Assembly: GCA_902493275.1 (NCBI GenBank)
Contig: CABUOQ010000004.1
Location: 7,337 to 71,336, forward strand
DNA from: an uncultured Bacillota bacterium
GTDB lineage: Bacteria; Bacillota_I; Bacilli_A; RFN20; CAG-449
Direction: 5' to 3'
DNA length: 64,000 nt
The notes under the pieces are model-generated. The model was not told the DNA's origin, did not search any database, and saw nothing but the letters and a program-made list of their open reading frames with translations. Shown here piece after piece: positions 19,223 to 29,765 of this stretch; positions within the stretch are counted from its first letter, which is position 1, and each line of letters begins with the position of its first letter. Both the position numbers and the translations under genes were made by a program.

Positions 19223-20962
19223 ATGAAAAAACGTTTACTTCTATTATCAATGGTTAGTTTCAGTCTCATTGGCTTAACAGGTTGTGATATTAAGCAAATG
19301 TATGATGATGGCAAACAAGTCATTGTTAAATTAGGAAATGGTGAAACATATACTGCAAACGATTTATTTACAGATTATTCTTCAACTTCATCCGGAGCGT
19401 CAGAATATTTTAATGCCGTATATGATGTTTTGATTCGTGCAGTCCAACCAAAAACTACACAAATTCAAAATGAAGTTGACAATAGAATGTCAACATTTGT
19501 AACAAACGCAAAAGAAGCAGCAGCAAATAATGGTACATCTTATAAGACCGAACAATCAAAAGCTTTAGAAAGCGCTGGTGTTGAATCTTTAGGTGAACTA
19601 GAACAAGTTTATTATTTGGATGCTCAAAAAGATGCATATGAGGATGCGTATTATGATGGTTCATCTACTTCAGAAGGTGAATTAACAAACTTATTAAAAG
19701 AATACATAACTTACTATGCTCCATATCATGTACGTCATATTTTAGTTAAGACATCTAGTGATAGCAGTTTATTTGAAGGTAAGATTTCTGAGGATGATGC
19801 TAAGAATTTATATAACGTTGTTTCACGTTTAGCTAGTGGAAATGAAACATTTGGTAACGTTGCTATTACAACAGCAGCTAATGGTGATACAGGTTCTGCT
19901 AAAGAATATGGTAATTTAGGCATCATGGATTTAAATACAAGTTACGTTAGTGAATTTAAATATTCAATTTACCAATACGATGCATTATACAATAATGATG
20001 CTAAAGAAAATGTCAAAAAATATGATGAATTACAAGAAACAAGAGTTATTGGTTCTAACGAATATGTAACAGAATTCAAAGGTTCTAAATTAATTCCTGT
20101 TGATGTGAATGAACTTTCAGTAAATCATATCCCATATGATGCATTTGTCCAAATCAACAAATATGCAAACAAAACTACAGATGCTAATGGTGAACAAGTA
20201 AAAGAAGGTAAAGAAAAATATTATCCTAGAAATATTCTTTTCAATCAATATTTAAATGATCACCGTCTTGGAGTTATTTATAGAGGATCAACCACTGATG
20301 AAAAAATAATCAACAGTAAGATGTTCAAGAATGTTAGCGGCTTAAGTGCTTCAAGCGATGCTAAAGATGATATTTTAGTCGATGAAGAAGGAAGACCAAT
20401 TCTTGTCACAAGAGCTGGCTCTGGTGGAGATTCTGGTTATCAAGGAATTCACTTTATCATTTGCCAAAGATCACCTTTTGTTAATACAGATAAAACAAAA
20501 TTTAGTGAGTTAATTGATTCATTATTATATTATTATGACACAACCGTTTATAATTCTACTGACGACCTTCCAAATGATAAGTATGTTACATTCTTAACTT
20601 CTACTCGTCAAGATTACTTAAATAAAGTCAATAGCTTAAAGAGCACCATCAAAGGATTCGATTCCTTTATGAACTATCGTCTATTTGAAAAAGCATTAAG
20701 CGATGCAAAGGAAAAATTTGGAAATGTCACTTTTGGTTCAGTAACTAATAGTGATGGTGAAAATGTTGGTATTGATACTTTAATTAAAAATTACATTACC
20801 GCTAATAGATTCAATGCTGCATATAATGCTAAAGAATCATACGAAAACACTTGGAAATCATACGAATTATTACTTGAAAGTCAAGAAGAACTTTCAGTAT
20901 TAAAAGTTGCAGAAGATGAAATTAAGAGCTTTGATTCAAGCTACACTTCTGTAGCAAAATAA
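19223..20962 (+). CDS. prsA: PrsA-like lipoprotein with parvulin-type PPIase domain
   Basis: 579 aa. Lipobox LIGLTGC. Parvulin signature (HVRHILVK ... GNLGIMDLNTSYVSEFKYSIY). AAGGAGG RBS. Confidence 0.6.
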   Translation: MKKRLLLLSMVSFSLIGLTGCDIKQMYDDGKQVIVKLGNGETYTANDLFTDYSSTSSGASEYFNAVYDVLIRAVQPKTTQIQNEVDNRMSTFVTNAKEAAANNGTSYKTEQSKALESAGVESLGELEQVYYLDAQKDAYEDAYYDGSSTSEGELTNLLKEYITYYAPYHVRHILVKTSSDSSLFEGKISEDDAKNLYNVVSRLASGNETFGNVAITTAANGDTGSAKEYGNLGIMDLNTSYVSEFKYSIYQYDALYNNDAKENVKKYDELQETRVIGSNEYVTEFKGSKLIPVDVNELSVNHIPYDAFVQINKYANKTTDANGEQVKEGKEKYYPRNILFNQYLNDHRLGVIYRGSTTDEKIINSKMFKNVSGLSASSDAKDDILVDEEGRPILVTRAGSGGDSGYQGIHFIICQRSPFVNTDKTKFSELIDSLLYYYDTTVYNSTDDLPNDKYVTFLTSTRQDYLNKVNSLKSTIKGFDSFMNYRLFEKALSDAKEKFGNVTFGSVTNSDGENVGIDTLIKNYITANRFNAAYNAKESYENTWKSYELLLESQEELSVLKVAEDEIKSFDSSYTSVAK

Positions 20963-20976
20963 GGAGGGCGACAGAA

Positions 20977-22494
20977 ATGAAAAAAATAAATAAAATTTTA
21001 ACAGCAGCGCTCGCATCCATCACTTTATTTGCTTGTGATGATATAGTAGCTAAGCCTTCTCCAGTTCTCGATAATGAAACATTAATTAATTTTGATAACG
21101 CTAATACTTATTTCAACAATGACTATGGTGTTATATATGATAAGCTTGTAAGTTCTGGAACATCTAATTCAACAATTTTACAATCATTAATTGAATTAAT
21201 TGCTAAGCCAGAAGTAAGCAAAACTTATGGTTTCACTGAAGAAGATTATGAAAAAGTATTCAAAAATGTAAAATTATCTCTTGCAGGTAAAACTGTTGAA
21301 GCTTATTCAGCTGAAGGAAGTGCTTCAGCAACAACTCTTCAAAAAGCAATTGAAGAAAACATCAAAAAGACAATGATTAATAAAGTAAAAGGCGGATCAT
21401 ATGATATTGATCACAAATTCTACGAAGAAAAACTTTCTAATGAATTAAGAACTTCTCTTTATACTATTAGTACAAAAGAAGGAAAAGATTCATTAAATAA
21501 CGGATCATATATTATTACACCTGATTCAACATATGAAGATATTTTCTTTGGTGATTATAGTGACTATATTGAAAAGAGTTTATTCCCTGATATTTATAAA
21601 ACTTTATTAACATCTATCTATGTTTATAATTTCAATTATTCTTCATTAGGAAGAGCTTATGCTAGAAAAGTTAAATATATTAAACTTGATAGCTTAACAG
21701 ATCACCTCGATTCAGTATCACTTTTAATAAATAATTATTTTGCTGAATATGAAAACAAAGATTTAGTTAAAACATTTGACTTAGACTCTTTAACAAGAAT
21801 CTATAAGGGTTTACCACAAACCGAAGAAGAAAAAGCTTTCTTAGCAAAATATGATAACATATTCACAAAAAGAGATGTTATCGATGAAGAAATTTCAAAA
21901 TTTGCAACATTAAATAATGGCGAATACGAAATTATTCAACAAGATGATGAACGTAACAACACTTTATTATCAACATATACAGGTAATTATACTTATCCAA
22001 TTAGTCATGGTAAAGAATTAAAAATTGATGAATTAAAACAAGCAAGCTATGTTGTTGATGAAAAACAATTAGTTGTAAAATCCGGAGGATTAACTGATTT
22101 ACCTGATGATTTAAGAAACAGACTTTTCTCTTCTTCTGTTAATTCATTCTTAACAACAGTTGGTGATATTCGTATCTTAACTCCAAAAAATGTTCCTAAT
22201 GGATCTCAAGCAACAAGCGTTGATAAATATGCTTACTATGATGCCGATTCAGCTGCATACTATATTGTCGTAGTTGATGCTTATTATGACACAACTTCAC
22301 TTAAAGATGCTGAAGGCGAAACAAAAGATAAAGCATTTGAAATTTCAAGAATACTCGGAGCTAATTCTACAAACCAAAATGCAGCAATTAACTACTACCT
22401 TGATAAATATGATATCGCTTATGGTGATCAAGATTTCTATGATTACATTGAATCAACATATCCTGATGTCTTAGATGACAAATTCTCCTATTAA
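20977..22494 (+). CDS. Lipoprotein of unknown function (co-transcribed with the PrsA-like gene)
   Basis: 505 aa. Lipobox ITLFAC. GGAGGG RBS 14 nt after the previous stop. Confidence 0.55.
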   Translation: MKKINKILTAALASITLFACDDIVAKPSPVLDNETLINFDNANTYFNNDYGVIYDKLVSSGTSNSTILQSLIELIAKPEVSKTYGFTEEDYEKVFKNVKLSLAGKTVEAYSAEGSASATTLQKAIEENIKKTMINKVKGGSYDIDHKFYEEKLSNELRTSLYTISTKEGKDSLNNGSYIITPDSTYEDIFFGDYSDYIEKSLFPDIYKTLLTSIYVYNFNYSSLGRAYARKVKYIKLDSLTDHLDSVSLLINNYFAEYENKDLVKTFDLDSLTRIYKGLPQTEEEKAFLAKYDNIFTKRDVIDEEISKFATLNNGEYEIIQQDDERNNTLLSTYTGNYTYPISHGKELKIDELKQASYVVDEKQLVVKSGGLTDLPDDLRNRLFSSSVNSFLTTVGDIRILTPKNVPNGSQATSVDKYAYYDADSAAYYIVVVDAYYDTTSLKDAEGETKDKAFEISRILGANSTNQNAAINYYLDKYDIAYGDQDFYDYIESTYPDVLDDKFSY

Positions 22495-22514
22495 TATAAA
22501 ATTCAATGTTTTCA

Positions 22515-22541
22515 AAAGGAAGGTAATAGCCTTCCTTTTTT
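22515..22541 (+). terminator. Rho-independent terminator
   Basis: aaaggaagg-taatag-ccttccttt followed by a T run. Confidence 0.6.
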
Positions 22542-22606
22542 ATTGGTCCGATATTGATAAATGTCTTATCAATATTTTATAATATATTTGAAAGAAGGTT
22601 AAACAT

Positions 22607-23020
22607 ATGGATGATTGTATTTTTTGTAAAATAGTTAAAGGAGAAATTCCTTGCTACAAAGTATATGAAGATAGTGAGATTTTAGCTTTTCTTGATATCT
22701 CTCAAACAACCAAAGGTCATACTTTAGTAATAACTAAAGAACATTTCGATAATTTCCTCTATGTTCCTAAAGATTTGCTAGCTAAAGCTATTTCAGTAGC
22801 TCAAAAGATTGCCCAAGCCGAAACTGCTTCTCTTGGTGCCCAAGGTATCAATATATTGATAAACACAAACGAAATTGCTGGTCAAACAATCAAGCATTTT
22901 CATATACATGTAATTCCAAGATATAGTTTAAATGATAATATATCAATCGAATTTACTCCATTAGGAATTGATAAGTTAAATCTGCCAACTATCGCCAATA
23001 AAATTAAACAAGACTTATAA
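22607..23020 (+). CDS. HIT-family (histidine triad) nucleotide hydrolase
   Basis: 137 aa. N-terminal CIFCKI and the histidine triad HFHIHVIP. Confidence 0.9.
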   Translation: MDDCIFCKIVKGEIPCYKVYEDSEILAFLDISQTTKGHTLVITKEHFDNFLYVPKDLLAKAISVAQKIAQAETASLGAQGINILINTNEIAGQTIKHFHIHVIPRYSLNDNISIEFTPLGIDKLNLPTIANKIKQDL

Positions 23021-23051
23021 AAAAACAGGATGTGATTCCTGTTTTTATTTT
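23021..23051. terminator. Bidirectional terminator between convergent HIT and yhaM genes
   Basis: aaacagga-tgtgat-tcctgttt flanked by an A run and a T run. Confidence 0.55.
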
Positions 23052-23986
23052 TAGTCTTTAGGATTATAAAACGCTCTTCCATCCATCGCTATTATCCTTT
23101 GTGAAAATTCACCTTTTTCAACATTAGCTAACGCCTTATCAATAATAATCATTTTAGCATCTAAATCATCTATTATATGAAGAAGAAAAGCTTCTCTTGT
23201 AAGGGGTGGAACTGGTGAACCAAAATCTTTTTCACCATGATGTGATAGTATCATATGTTGCAAGAGAACAGGAATCTCTGAATGGATATTTAACCTCTCT
23301 CCCGCTTCTCGAATTTCACTGACCATAATAGAAATATGACCAATTAATTTTCCTTCTAAAGTGTATTTTGTGGCAATTGGGCCGCTTAATTCCAACGTTT
23401 TTCCAACATCGTGTAAAATGACACCCGACATTAAAATATCGCGATTTACGTTTGAATAATAACTTGATAATAATTCTGCAATATCGCACATAGAAACAGT
23501 ATGATAGAGTAATCCTGAAGCAAATTCATGATGGTTTCTTGCCGCAGCTGGAAAACTTATAAAAGCATCATAATGATTATCAATAATGTATTTAACAATT
23601 TTTAGGGCATCTTCATTTTTTATTGAAGAAATATAAGAATTTAATTTTCGGATTAATTCATTTTGAGGAATAGGTGAAGACAAGCAAAATTTTGTATAAT
23701 CAACTTGATTTTGAGGAATTTCACATAATCCTATTACTTTTAATTGTAAATTGCCACGATAGTCAATTACATCAGCACTTACTCCTATAACTGTACCTGC
23801 TTTACATATGTTTATCTCTGCTTCGCTAACATCCCATTTTTTACCTTCTATGGTTCCACTTTTATCTTGGAAAGATAATGATAAATATGGTGCCCCTGCA
23901 TTTGATACACCTTTAGAAACATTAATTAGTAATAAATCTAGATTAATTCTCTCTCCTTCTTTTAATTCACAAATAAGTTTATCCAC
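23051..23986 (-). CDS. yhaM: 3'-5' exoribonuclease YhaM-like (OB-fold + HD domain)
   Basis: 311 aa. N-terminal OB-fold pattern (NAGAPYLSLSFQDKSGTIEGKKWD) and HD-domain residues (LLYHTVSM, ILHDVGK, SHHG). Confidence 0.8.
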   Translation of the reverse strand: MDKLICELKEGERINLDLLLINVSKGVSNAGAPYLSLSFQDKSGTIEGKKWDVSEAEINICKAGTVIGVSADVIDYRGNLQLKVIGLCEIPQNQVDYTKFCLSSPIPQNELIRKLNSYISSIKNEDALKIVKYIIDNHYDAFISFPAAARNHHEFASGLLYHTVSMCDIAELLSSYYSNVNRDILMSGVILHDVGKTLELSGPIATKYTLEGKLIGHISIMVSEIREAGERLNIHSEIPVLLQHMILSHHGEKDFGSPVPPLTREAFLLHIIDDLDAKMIIIDKALANVEKGEFSQRIIAMDGRAFYNPKD

Positions 23987-24782
23987 AATATAAATCTCCT
24001 TCTATCAATTTAATAATATTAGAATAAGAAAATCCCTTTCTTAATAAACGATTGATGATCTTTTCTTTATTTTTTAAAATTTCTTCTTTATCTAATTTCA
24101 TGACAATTTTATCATATTCTCTTTGTAATTTTAAGTCATCTTGTGATTGTATTTCATTTAAATCAAGTGAAGAAATAACTTCTTGACAAATATCTTCTTT
24201 AAAGCCCTTTGCTTTTAACGAGTTATAAACGGATTGCTTAAATTTATATGCGCTATAATTATTAACTAATTTCATCCAAGAAAAAAGATTGTTCTTTGCC
24301 TTTATATATTCATTTTGAAAATTGTCTTGGAATTCATAGATATCGCTTTCTATTCCTGCCTTTTTTAGTTCATCAACAATTTTATAATAGCCAAAATTTT
24401 TATAATTACATTCCTCAACTAAAAAGCAAGCGAATTGATAATCATCAACTAGATGATTCTTTTCTAATTTATCTATAACTTGGATAGCTTTATCTTTAGA
24501 TAATTTTTTATTACTAATTAATTTGCTCAATAGTTGTTTTTTAGAATACATTTTTTTAGCAAGTAATTTTAAACAATATTGATAATAACTATTTAAATAA
24601 ACCTCATCAAGCAATGTGTTATATTCATCTATAGGTATAATTTTACCCACATAAAAATAATGATTAGTGAAAATTTCTTCATCTAATGTAAGTGACTCTT
24701 CATCAGTAAAAGTTAGAATTATTCCTTTTTTTAAAAAAGAGATATTAGTGATAACACGTCCATTATTTTCGCTCTTCATCAT
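23979..24782 (-). CDS. recX: RecX-family regulatory protein
   Basis: 267 aa with repeated three-helix RecX-like segments (YCLKLLAKKMYSKKQLLSKL ... KAIQVIDKLEKNHLVDDYQFA ... LLRKGFSYSNI). Confidence 0.65.
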   Translation of the reverse strand: MMKSENNGRVITNISFLKKGIILTFTDEESLTLDEEIFTNHYFYVGKIIPIDEYNTLLDEVYLNSYYQYCLKLLAKKMYSKKQLLSKLISNKKLSKDKAIQVIDKLEKNHLVDDYQFACFLVEECNYKNFGYYKIVDELKKAGIESDIYEFQDNFQNEYIKAKNNLFSWMKLVNNYSAYKFKQSVYNSLKAKGFKEDICQEVISSLDLNEIQSQDDLKLQREYDKIVMKLDKEEILKNKEKIINRLLRKGFSYSNIIKLIEGDLYCG

Positions 24783-26079
24783 TCTTTTTCTTTCTTTTTC
24801 TTAAAGGTTTTTGGTCTTTTTTCCAAGCTCGTTCATTTGCTTTTAAATTTGCACTTAATTCATCTTTAATTTGATTGAAATAGTCTGAAACATCGCCTAT
24901 TTCAATATTATTAATTTTTTCACTATCTTTCTTTTCAAGAGAACGATATTCATTATTTAAATGAATTACCTCAATTTCTAGTAACGTTCGAGAGGAATAA
25001 TGTAATGCTTCCATCTTTGGTGATTCATGATAAGTGAGGAAGACAATTGCTCCAAAGAATAATCCAAAATAGAATCCCACAAATCTCCAAACCAATATTG
25101 TAGCTTTTAAAATATTAAAATCAGGAATTAATTCACTATACATTAATGAGAAGACATATTCTGCTCCTCCAGAAGCACCTGGGATTGGAATCATCTGCGT
25201 TATCAAATAAGTGAAATTAGAATAATTTAATGCATTAATAAATTCACTAATAGGAATATTAGCTCCGCACGCATTAGCGGCAAAAAATGGAATTGAATTG
25301 GAAAATAAAAAACTAACTATATAAAGAGCTAAGCACTCCACTAGTATTTTCAAATTTGACAATAATCTTTTTATTTCTAAACGGAACGATTCTATTTTGG
25401 CATTCATCTCAATTTTTTTATCTTCCACTTTATTCTTTTTAATTAAATGTAAAAAAGTCCCTACTTTGCAAACTATATTTACCACGAAATGATGTATTCT
25501 ACGATTTATAGCAAATAATAAAGAAATTGAAATCAGCGCAAAAGATATTATAAATCCAATAACTGATAATGATATAACATTGAGTTTTAAACCAAATATC
25601 GGAATATAACCATTCGGAATTGTATGAGTTATGCCAGCATACACTAGAGTAATTCCGCTAAAAAATACTAAAGATACCTCATAAATAATGAACATCATCA
25701 ATAATATTGATGCTGCGTTAGTTAAAGAAACTCCTTGCTTAGAAAAAGTATAAGCTTGTGAAAATTGTCCACCTGTAGAGGAAGGAGTTATACCCGAAAA
25801 GAATCTTCCAACCATGTCATTTAAAAATCCCTTACGATATTTATAATCTGGTTTATATATTTTAGTAAGTAAAACTAAAATCAGCGAGTTTATCATAAAA
25901 CCAATCAAAGAGATAAATATACATAATAAAACATAGAGCAAATTAGCATTCTTTAACGTTGAAAAAATTGCCTGAGCATCATCTTTTAGAACAAAAAATA
26001 ATGCCAAAGCGGTAATAACGACTAATATTACTATATTTAAAATAAATTTTTTAGTTTGTTTATTCATAACTATTAACAT
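24763..26079 (-). CDS. UPF0104/MprF-transmembrane-domain-like polytopic membrane protein with basic C-terminal tail
   Basis: 438 aa with about 8 hydrophobic helices. The N-terminal pattern is typical of flippase-like UPF0104 proteins. The family call is from memory. Confidence 0.45.
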   Translation of the reverse strand: MLIVMNKQTKKFILNIVILVVITALALFFVLKDDAQAIFSTLKNANLLYVLLCIFISLIGFMINSLILVLLTKIYKPDYKYRKGFLNDMVGRFFSGITPSSTGGQFSQAYTFSKQGVSLTNAASILLMMFIIYEVSLVFFSGITLVYAGITHTIPNGYIPIFGLKLNVISLSVIGFIISFALISISLLFAINRRIHHFVVNIVCKVGTFLHLIKKNKVEDKKIEMNAKIESFRLEIKRLLSNLKILVECLALYIVSFLFSNSIPFFAANACGANIPISEFINALNYSNFTYLITQMIPIPGASGGAEYVFSLMYSELIPDFNILKATILVWRFVGFYFGLFFGAIVFLTYHESPKMEALHYSSRTLLEIEVIHLNNEYRSLEKKDSEKINNIEIGDVSDYFNQIKDELSANLKANERAWKKDQKPLRKRKKKNDEERK

Positions 26080-26261
26080 AATATAGTTTTAACCAAATAA
26101 ACTAAAGAAAAAAAAGAAAAATATTTATTTCATTTACAAATTTCATCACAAAATCCGCGATAAATAAAAAAAATAGTTATCTTTTTATCCTTTAGGTAGC
26201 TTGTATTACTTTAATATATCCAAAAAATATTATATTATGATAGAAGAGAAAGGAGGTATTA

Positions 26262-27143
26262 ATGGATAAAACACTTAATCCAAAAGGTAAAAGAATAGCT
26301 ATTTTATTTGACGTTGAAAATATCTCACCTGAAGAGATATTACCATATGCAATCACTAAACTAGAAACAAGTGGATTTAATGTATACCCTCGCAAAATTA
26401 TTTTTAACAACATATCGCAACTTAAAAAGAGTTTTTTGGGTAATGCAATTAAATCATACCATCTAGATATTATCTGTGCATATTCTGCGACTGGCAAAAA
26501 CATTGCCGATTTCCGATTATATATTGAAGCTCTTGATCTTTTATATAAAAACCCTGATATTGAAGGTTTTTGTATTGTATCAGGCGATGCTGATTTTGCT
26601 GAACTTGTCATCAAACTCCACCATGAAAATAAATATGTAATAGGAATAGGTCCAAGCTCAAAGTCAAAAATCGAATATGTTAATCTATTCGATCAATTTA
26701 TTTTCATTGAAGATTTAATAGAAAAAGAAGTTAAAAAGACTTCTATTAAAAAAGAAAATGATTCAGAAAATAAATTAAAGAAAAAAGAAGAAACCATCAA
26801 AAGTAAAGAAAAACCAAAAAAGACTACTAAAAAAAGCATTGGCAAGAAAGTAATAAAGAAAGAAGTAAAAAAAGAAATTGAAGAAAAAATAATAAGAACC
26901 GAAAGCGATAAAAATGATTCATTTTATAGTGAATTAAGTTCACAAATAAAGCAAATAATTGTTGATTTTAATGCGAAAGGTAATAAAGAAATTTTCTATT
27001 CCAATCTTGTAAAAGAATTAAAAGATCGCTCTTATTATTTGGAGAGTTTTACTCGTATCACTTTTGATGATATTGAAAAATGTGGTTTCCATCTAATTCG
27101 AAAAGAAGAAGATAAACCTGAAACTTCATATATAACTACTTAG
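26262..27143 (+). CDS. NYN (LabA/DUF88-like PIN-fold) domain protein with Lys/Glu-rich linker and C-terminal OST-HTH-like region
   Basis: 293 aa. IAILFDVEN ... FCIVSGDADFAELVIKL ... VIGIG are characteristic NYN acidic motifs. GGAGG RBS. Confidence 0.7.
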   Translation: MDKTLNPKGKRIAILFDVENISPEEILPYAITKLETSGFNVYPRKIIFNNISQLKKSFLGNAIKSYHLDIICAYSATGKNIADFRLYIEALDLLYKNPDIEGFCIVSGDADFAELVIKLHHENKYVIGIGPSSKSKIEYVNLFDQFIFIEDLIEKEVKKTSIKKENDSENKLKKKEETIKSKEKPKKTTKKSIGKKVIKKEVKKEIEEKIIRTESDKNDSFYSELSSQIKQIIVDFNAKGNKEIFYSNLVKELKDRSYYLESFTRITFDDIEKCGFHLIRKEEDKPETSYITT

Positions 27144-27205
27144 CTATTTTAAAGTCTAGAAACTTTCTCTATGAGAGTTTCTAGACTATCTTATTATTAA
27201 ATATT

Positions 27206-27484
27206 ATGGAAGAAGAAATAATTACAAATATCAACCAAGCTATAAAGTTAATTCTAAATGGTAATATTTTATTATCGTCCATCAATAATTCTCAAACATA
27301 TTTTGCACTAAAAAATGACAAAGTCTATATTCAAAATGCAAATAGTTGTTATTGCATAAGCCAAGATGAATTTAAAATCTTATTTGATAAATGCAAATTT
27401 ATTATTTATCAAATCGATACCATTTCAAATATCGACATCAAAAAAGACGAAGAATACTATGGATGGGACATTCTAAAAAAATAA
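27206..27484 (+). CDS. Hypothetical protein
   Basis: 92-aa ORF with no recognisable motif. Coding status uncertain. Confidence 0.3.
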   Translation: MEEEIITNINQAIKLILNGNILLSSINNSQTYFALKNDKVYIQNANSCYCISQDEFKILFDKCKFIIYQIDTISNIDIKKDEEYYGWDILKK

Positions 27485-27509
27485 TTTATCCCATTTAAAT
27501 ATACAAAAT

Positions 27510-27533
27510 AAAAAAAACGCCTAACTTAGGCGT
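27510..27533 (-). terminator. Terminator hairpin downstream of tRNA-Thr
   Basis: acgcct-aactt-aggcgt. On the minus strand it is followed by T8. Confidence 0.45.
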
Positions 27534-27545
27534 ATATTAATTAAA

Positions 27546-27621
27546 TGGTGCCGTCTATCGGAATCGAACCAACAACCTATCGATTACAAGTCGATTGCTC
27601 TGCCAGTTGAGCTAAGACGGC
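27546..27621 (-). tRNA. tRNA-Thr (anticodon UGU), CCA encoded
   Basis: Folded by hand. Acceptor GCCGTCT/AGACGGC, D arm GCTC-AACTGGCA-GAGC, anticodon arm ATCGA-CTTGTAA-TCGAT, T loop TTCGATT. 76 nt. Confidence 0.9.
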
Positions 27622-27706
27622 GTTTGCTTTATTATAATATTAGTATTTTTAATAAAAATCAAGTAAAATCAATGCAATTTATTTATTTATTTATGAAAGG
27701 ATACAA

Positions 27707-28504
27707 ATGTTGCAATTCCAATTATCACTAAAATTTGAAATCAATATCTTTTCCTTAGTCGCTTTTCTGGCGGGTATTTTTGCTGGTTTTTGTTTATTAG
27801 GCTTAATATATATCTTTAGTTGTTTAAAATCACTAAAGAAAAAAGAAATCAAAATCAATAATAATTTAAAGAATATTTCAAAAGAAGATATCAATCAAAT
27901 TATTCTTAAATATCAAGAGATGTTCACCGACGAAAAAAGAAGAAGAAAAAGTATTCCTTTTGATTATTTTAAATTATCAATTATTGATATGATAAATGAA
28001 ATAGCGGCGCTATTTTATCCAAATTCTAAACATCCATTGATGGAATTATCAATTGATGAACTTATTCTTTTAAATCGCTATATTACTGATAAAGTAAATA
28101 GTTTATTTAACAATAATGGTCTTAAAGTTTTTAGAACTATTAAAATGTCAACTATCGCAAAATTAGTGGAAACAAAAAGCGCTATCGATAATAGTGCTTT
28201 ATATAAAACCGCAAGACGTTATCGCTTCAAGAAAATTGGAAACTTCTTTTTATCAATTGTTAATATCATTAATCCATATTTTTGGTTAAAAAAATTTGTT
28301 ATCAATCCAACCATCAATCATATGATTAATAAAATATGTTTGATGTGTTATTCAATTGCCGCTGAAGAAACATATTATATTTATTCTAAACAGGCATTCA
28401 TTGAAGACGAATCAACTTTAAAAGAATTACTAGATGCTTTAAATAAAGATAATTCATCATTAGAAAAAGATGGATTAATTATCGAAGAAGACAAAAAAAA
28501 ATAA
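27707..28504 (+). CDS. N-terminally membrane-anchored hypothetical protein
   Basis: 265 aa. One clear TM helix (FSLVAFLAGIFAGFCLLGLIYIF). No motif recognised. Confidence 0.4.
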   Translation: MLQFQLSLKFEINIFSLVAFLAGIFAGFCLLGLIYIFSCLKSLKKKEIKINNNLKNISKEDINQIILKYQEMFTDEKRRRKSIPFDYFKLSIIDMINEIAALFYPNSKHPLMELSIDELILLNRYITDKVNSLFNNNGLKVFRTIKMSTIAKLVETKSAIDNSALYKTARRYRFKKIGNFFLSIVNIINPYFWLKKFVINPTINHMINKICLMCYSIAAEETYYIYSKQAFIEDESTLKELLDALNKDNSSLEKDGLIIEEDKKK

Positions 28505-28697
28505 CTAGGATTGGCTAAATTTATGTGTGTGTTGTTTGGGGATATTTATGAAGGAGGCCAATCCTAGTATTTTTGATTCATAGTTCTCTGAGGTCTTATT
28601 ATTATTATTGGAGAATTTTTGAATGTAACCTTTCTAGTTACAAGTATATAATAAATGTCTTTTTTTAACTCAGTTTAAACTCAAATTAAACTATATA

Positions 28698-29765
28698 TTA
28701 CTTTTTTATTGAACGTGGGAGACTAACTGTAAACGTACTACCTTTATTAAGTTTGCTTTCAACATTGATATGACCTTGGCAAAGTCGAACAACTTTTCCT
28801 ACGATAGTTAATCCTAAACCATTTCCATCTCTTGCATGAGAAGTATCTCCTTGATAAAATCGATCAAACACATGCTTTTTAGTTTCTTCATCCATTCCAA
28901 TACCATCATCACTAATTTTTACGCTAATCTCATTAGCTAAAAGTTTCAATTCGACAGCGATTGTTCCATTATCGTTAGAAAATTTTATTGCGTTAGATAA
29001 AATATTTGTCCAAACTTGATTTAATAAATCCTTATCATTTTCGATGATGCAATCATCTAAAGACAAATCGAGATTTATATTTTTCCGCTCTAATTCATCT
29101 GCGAAAGATAATATTAATTGTCGTAATTGCTCATCAAGGCGATAAGATGAAATCTCAGTTTTTACTTCTTGAGTATCCAATTTACAAATCTTTAAAACAT
29201 TAGAAATAAGCGTCGAAAGCTTTTCCACAGAATCATTAATCACACTTAAGCATTTTTGTTTTTCTAATTCATCTAAAGCTGCATTTTGCAAAATATTCAC
29301 ATTGCTACGAATTACAGATAGAGGTGTTTTAAATTCATGAGAAACATTAGATACAAAATCATTAGATAAAGTTTCAACTTTAGATAATTCTTTCACCATT
29401 ATATTAAAATTAATAAGTGTCTGCTGAAGTTCTGGAAGAGTTGAATCCTCTCTTACTGAAACATTAAAATCACCCTGAGCTACTTTCATTGATTTAGAAG
29501 AAAGTTCTACCAAAGGTCGAAAGATTTTCTTTAAATAGAAAAATGAGATAAAGCAAGAAATAAATGTCACCGCCGCATAAGAGCATAATAAGAAAACAAT
29601 TGTAATACTTCCTAACCCATGCATAGCTAATCGTCCAATTGGAGTTAATAGCAATATTGACATGAGAATAAAAATAAAAAGTAAAATACAAAAAAATAAA
29701 GCTAATAATAAGAAAGTAAATCTAAGATATAATCTGTTTGAAAGTTTCTCTTCTTCTTTTTTCAT
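28698..29765 (-). CDS. Sensor histidine kinase (2 TM, HAMP, HisKA, HATPase_c)
   Basis: 355 aa. H-box SHEFKTPLSVI, N-box NAIKFS, G1 DDGIGM, G2 GNGLGL. Confidence 0.9.
   Translation of the reverse strand: MKKEEEKLSNRLYLRFTFLLLALFFCILLFIFILMSILLLTPIGRLAMHGLGSITIVFLLCSYAAVTFISCFISFFYLKKIFRPLVELSSKSMKVAQGDFNVSVREDSTLPELQQTLINFNIMVKELSKVETLSNDFVSNVSHEFKTPLSVIRSNVNILQNAALDELEKQKCLSVINDSVEKLSTLISNVLKICKLDTQEVKTEISSYRLDEQLRQLILSFADELERKNINLDLSLDDCIIENDKDLLNQVWTNILSNAIKFSNDNGTIAVELKLLANEISVKISDDGIGMDEETKKHVFDRFYQGDTSHARDGNGLGLTIVGKVVRLCQGHINVESKLNKGSTFTVSLPRSIKK

Noticed and set aside
19223-22494. The PrsA-like and following lipoprotein as part of a novel secretion-related system.
   Set aside because: The parvulin signature explains the first gene as a standard foldase lipoprotein. 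The second has no distinguishing feature beyond co-transcription.
26192-26614. 140-aa minus-strand ORF overlapping the 5' half of the NYN-domain gene.
   Set aside because: The plus-strand ORF has a GGAGG RBS and conserved NYN motifs. The minus-strand product has no motif, and its upstream region is the NYN coding sequence.
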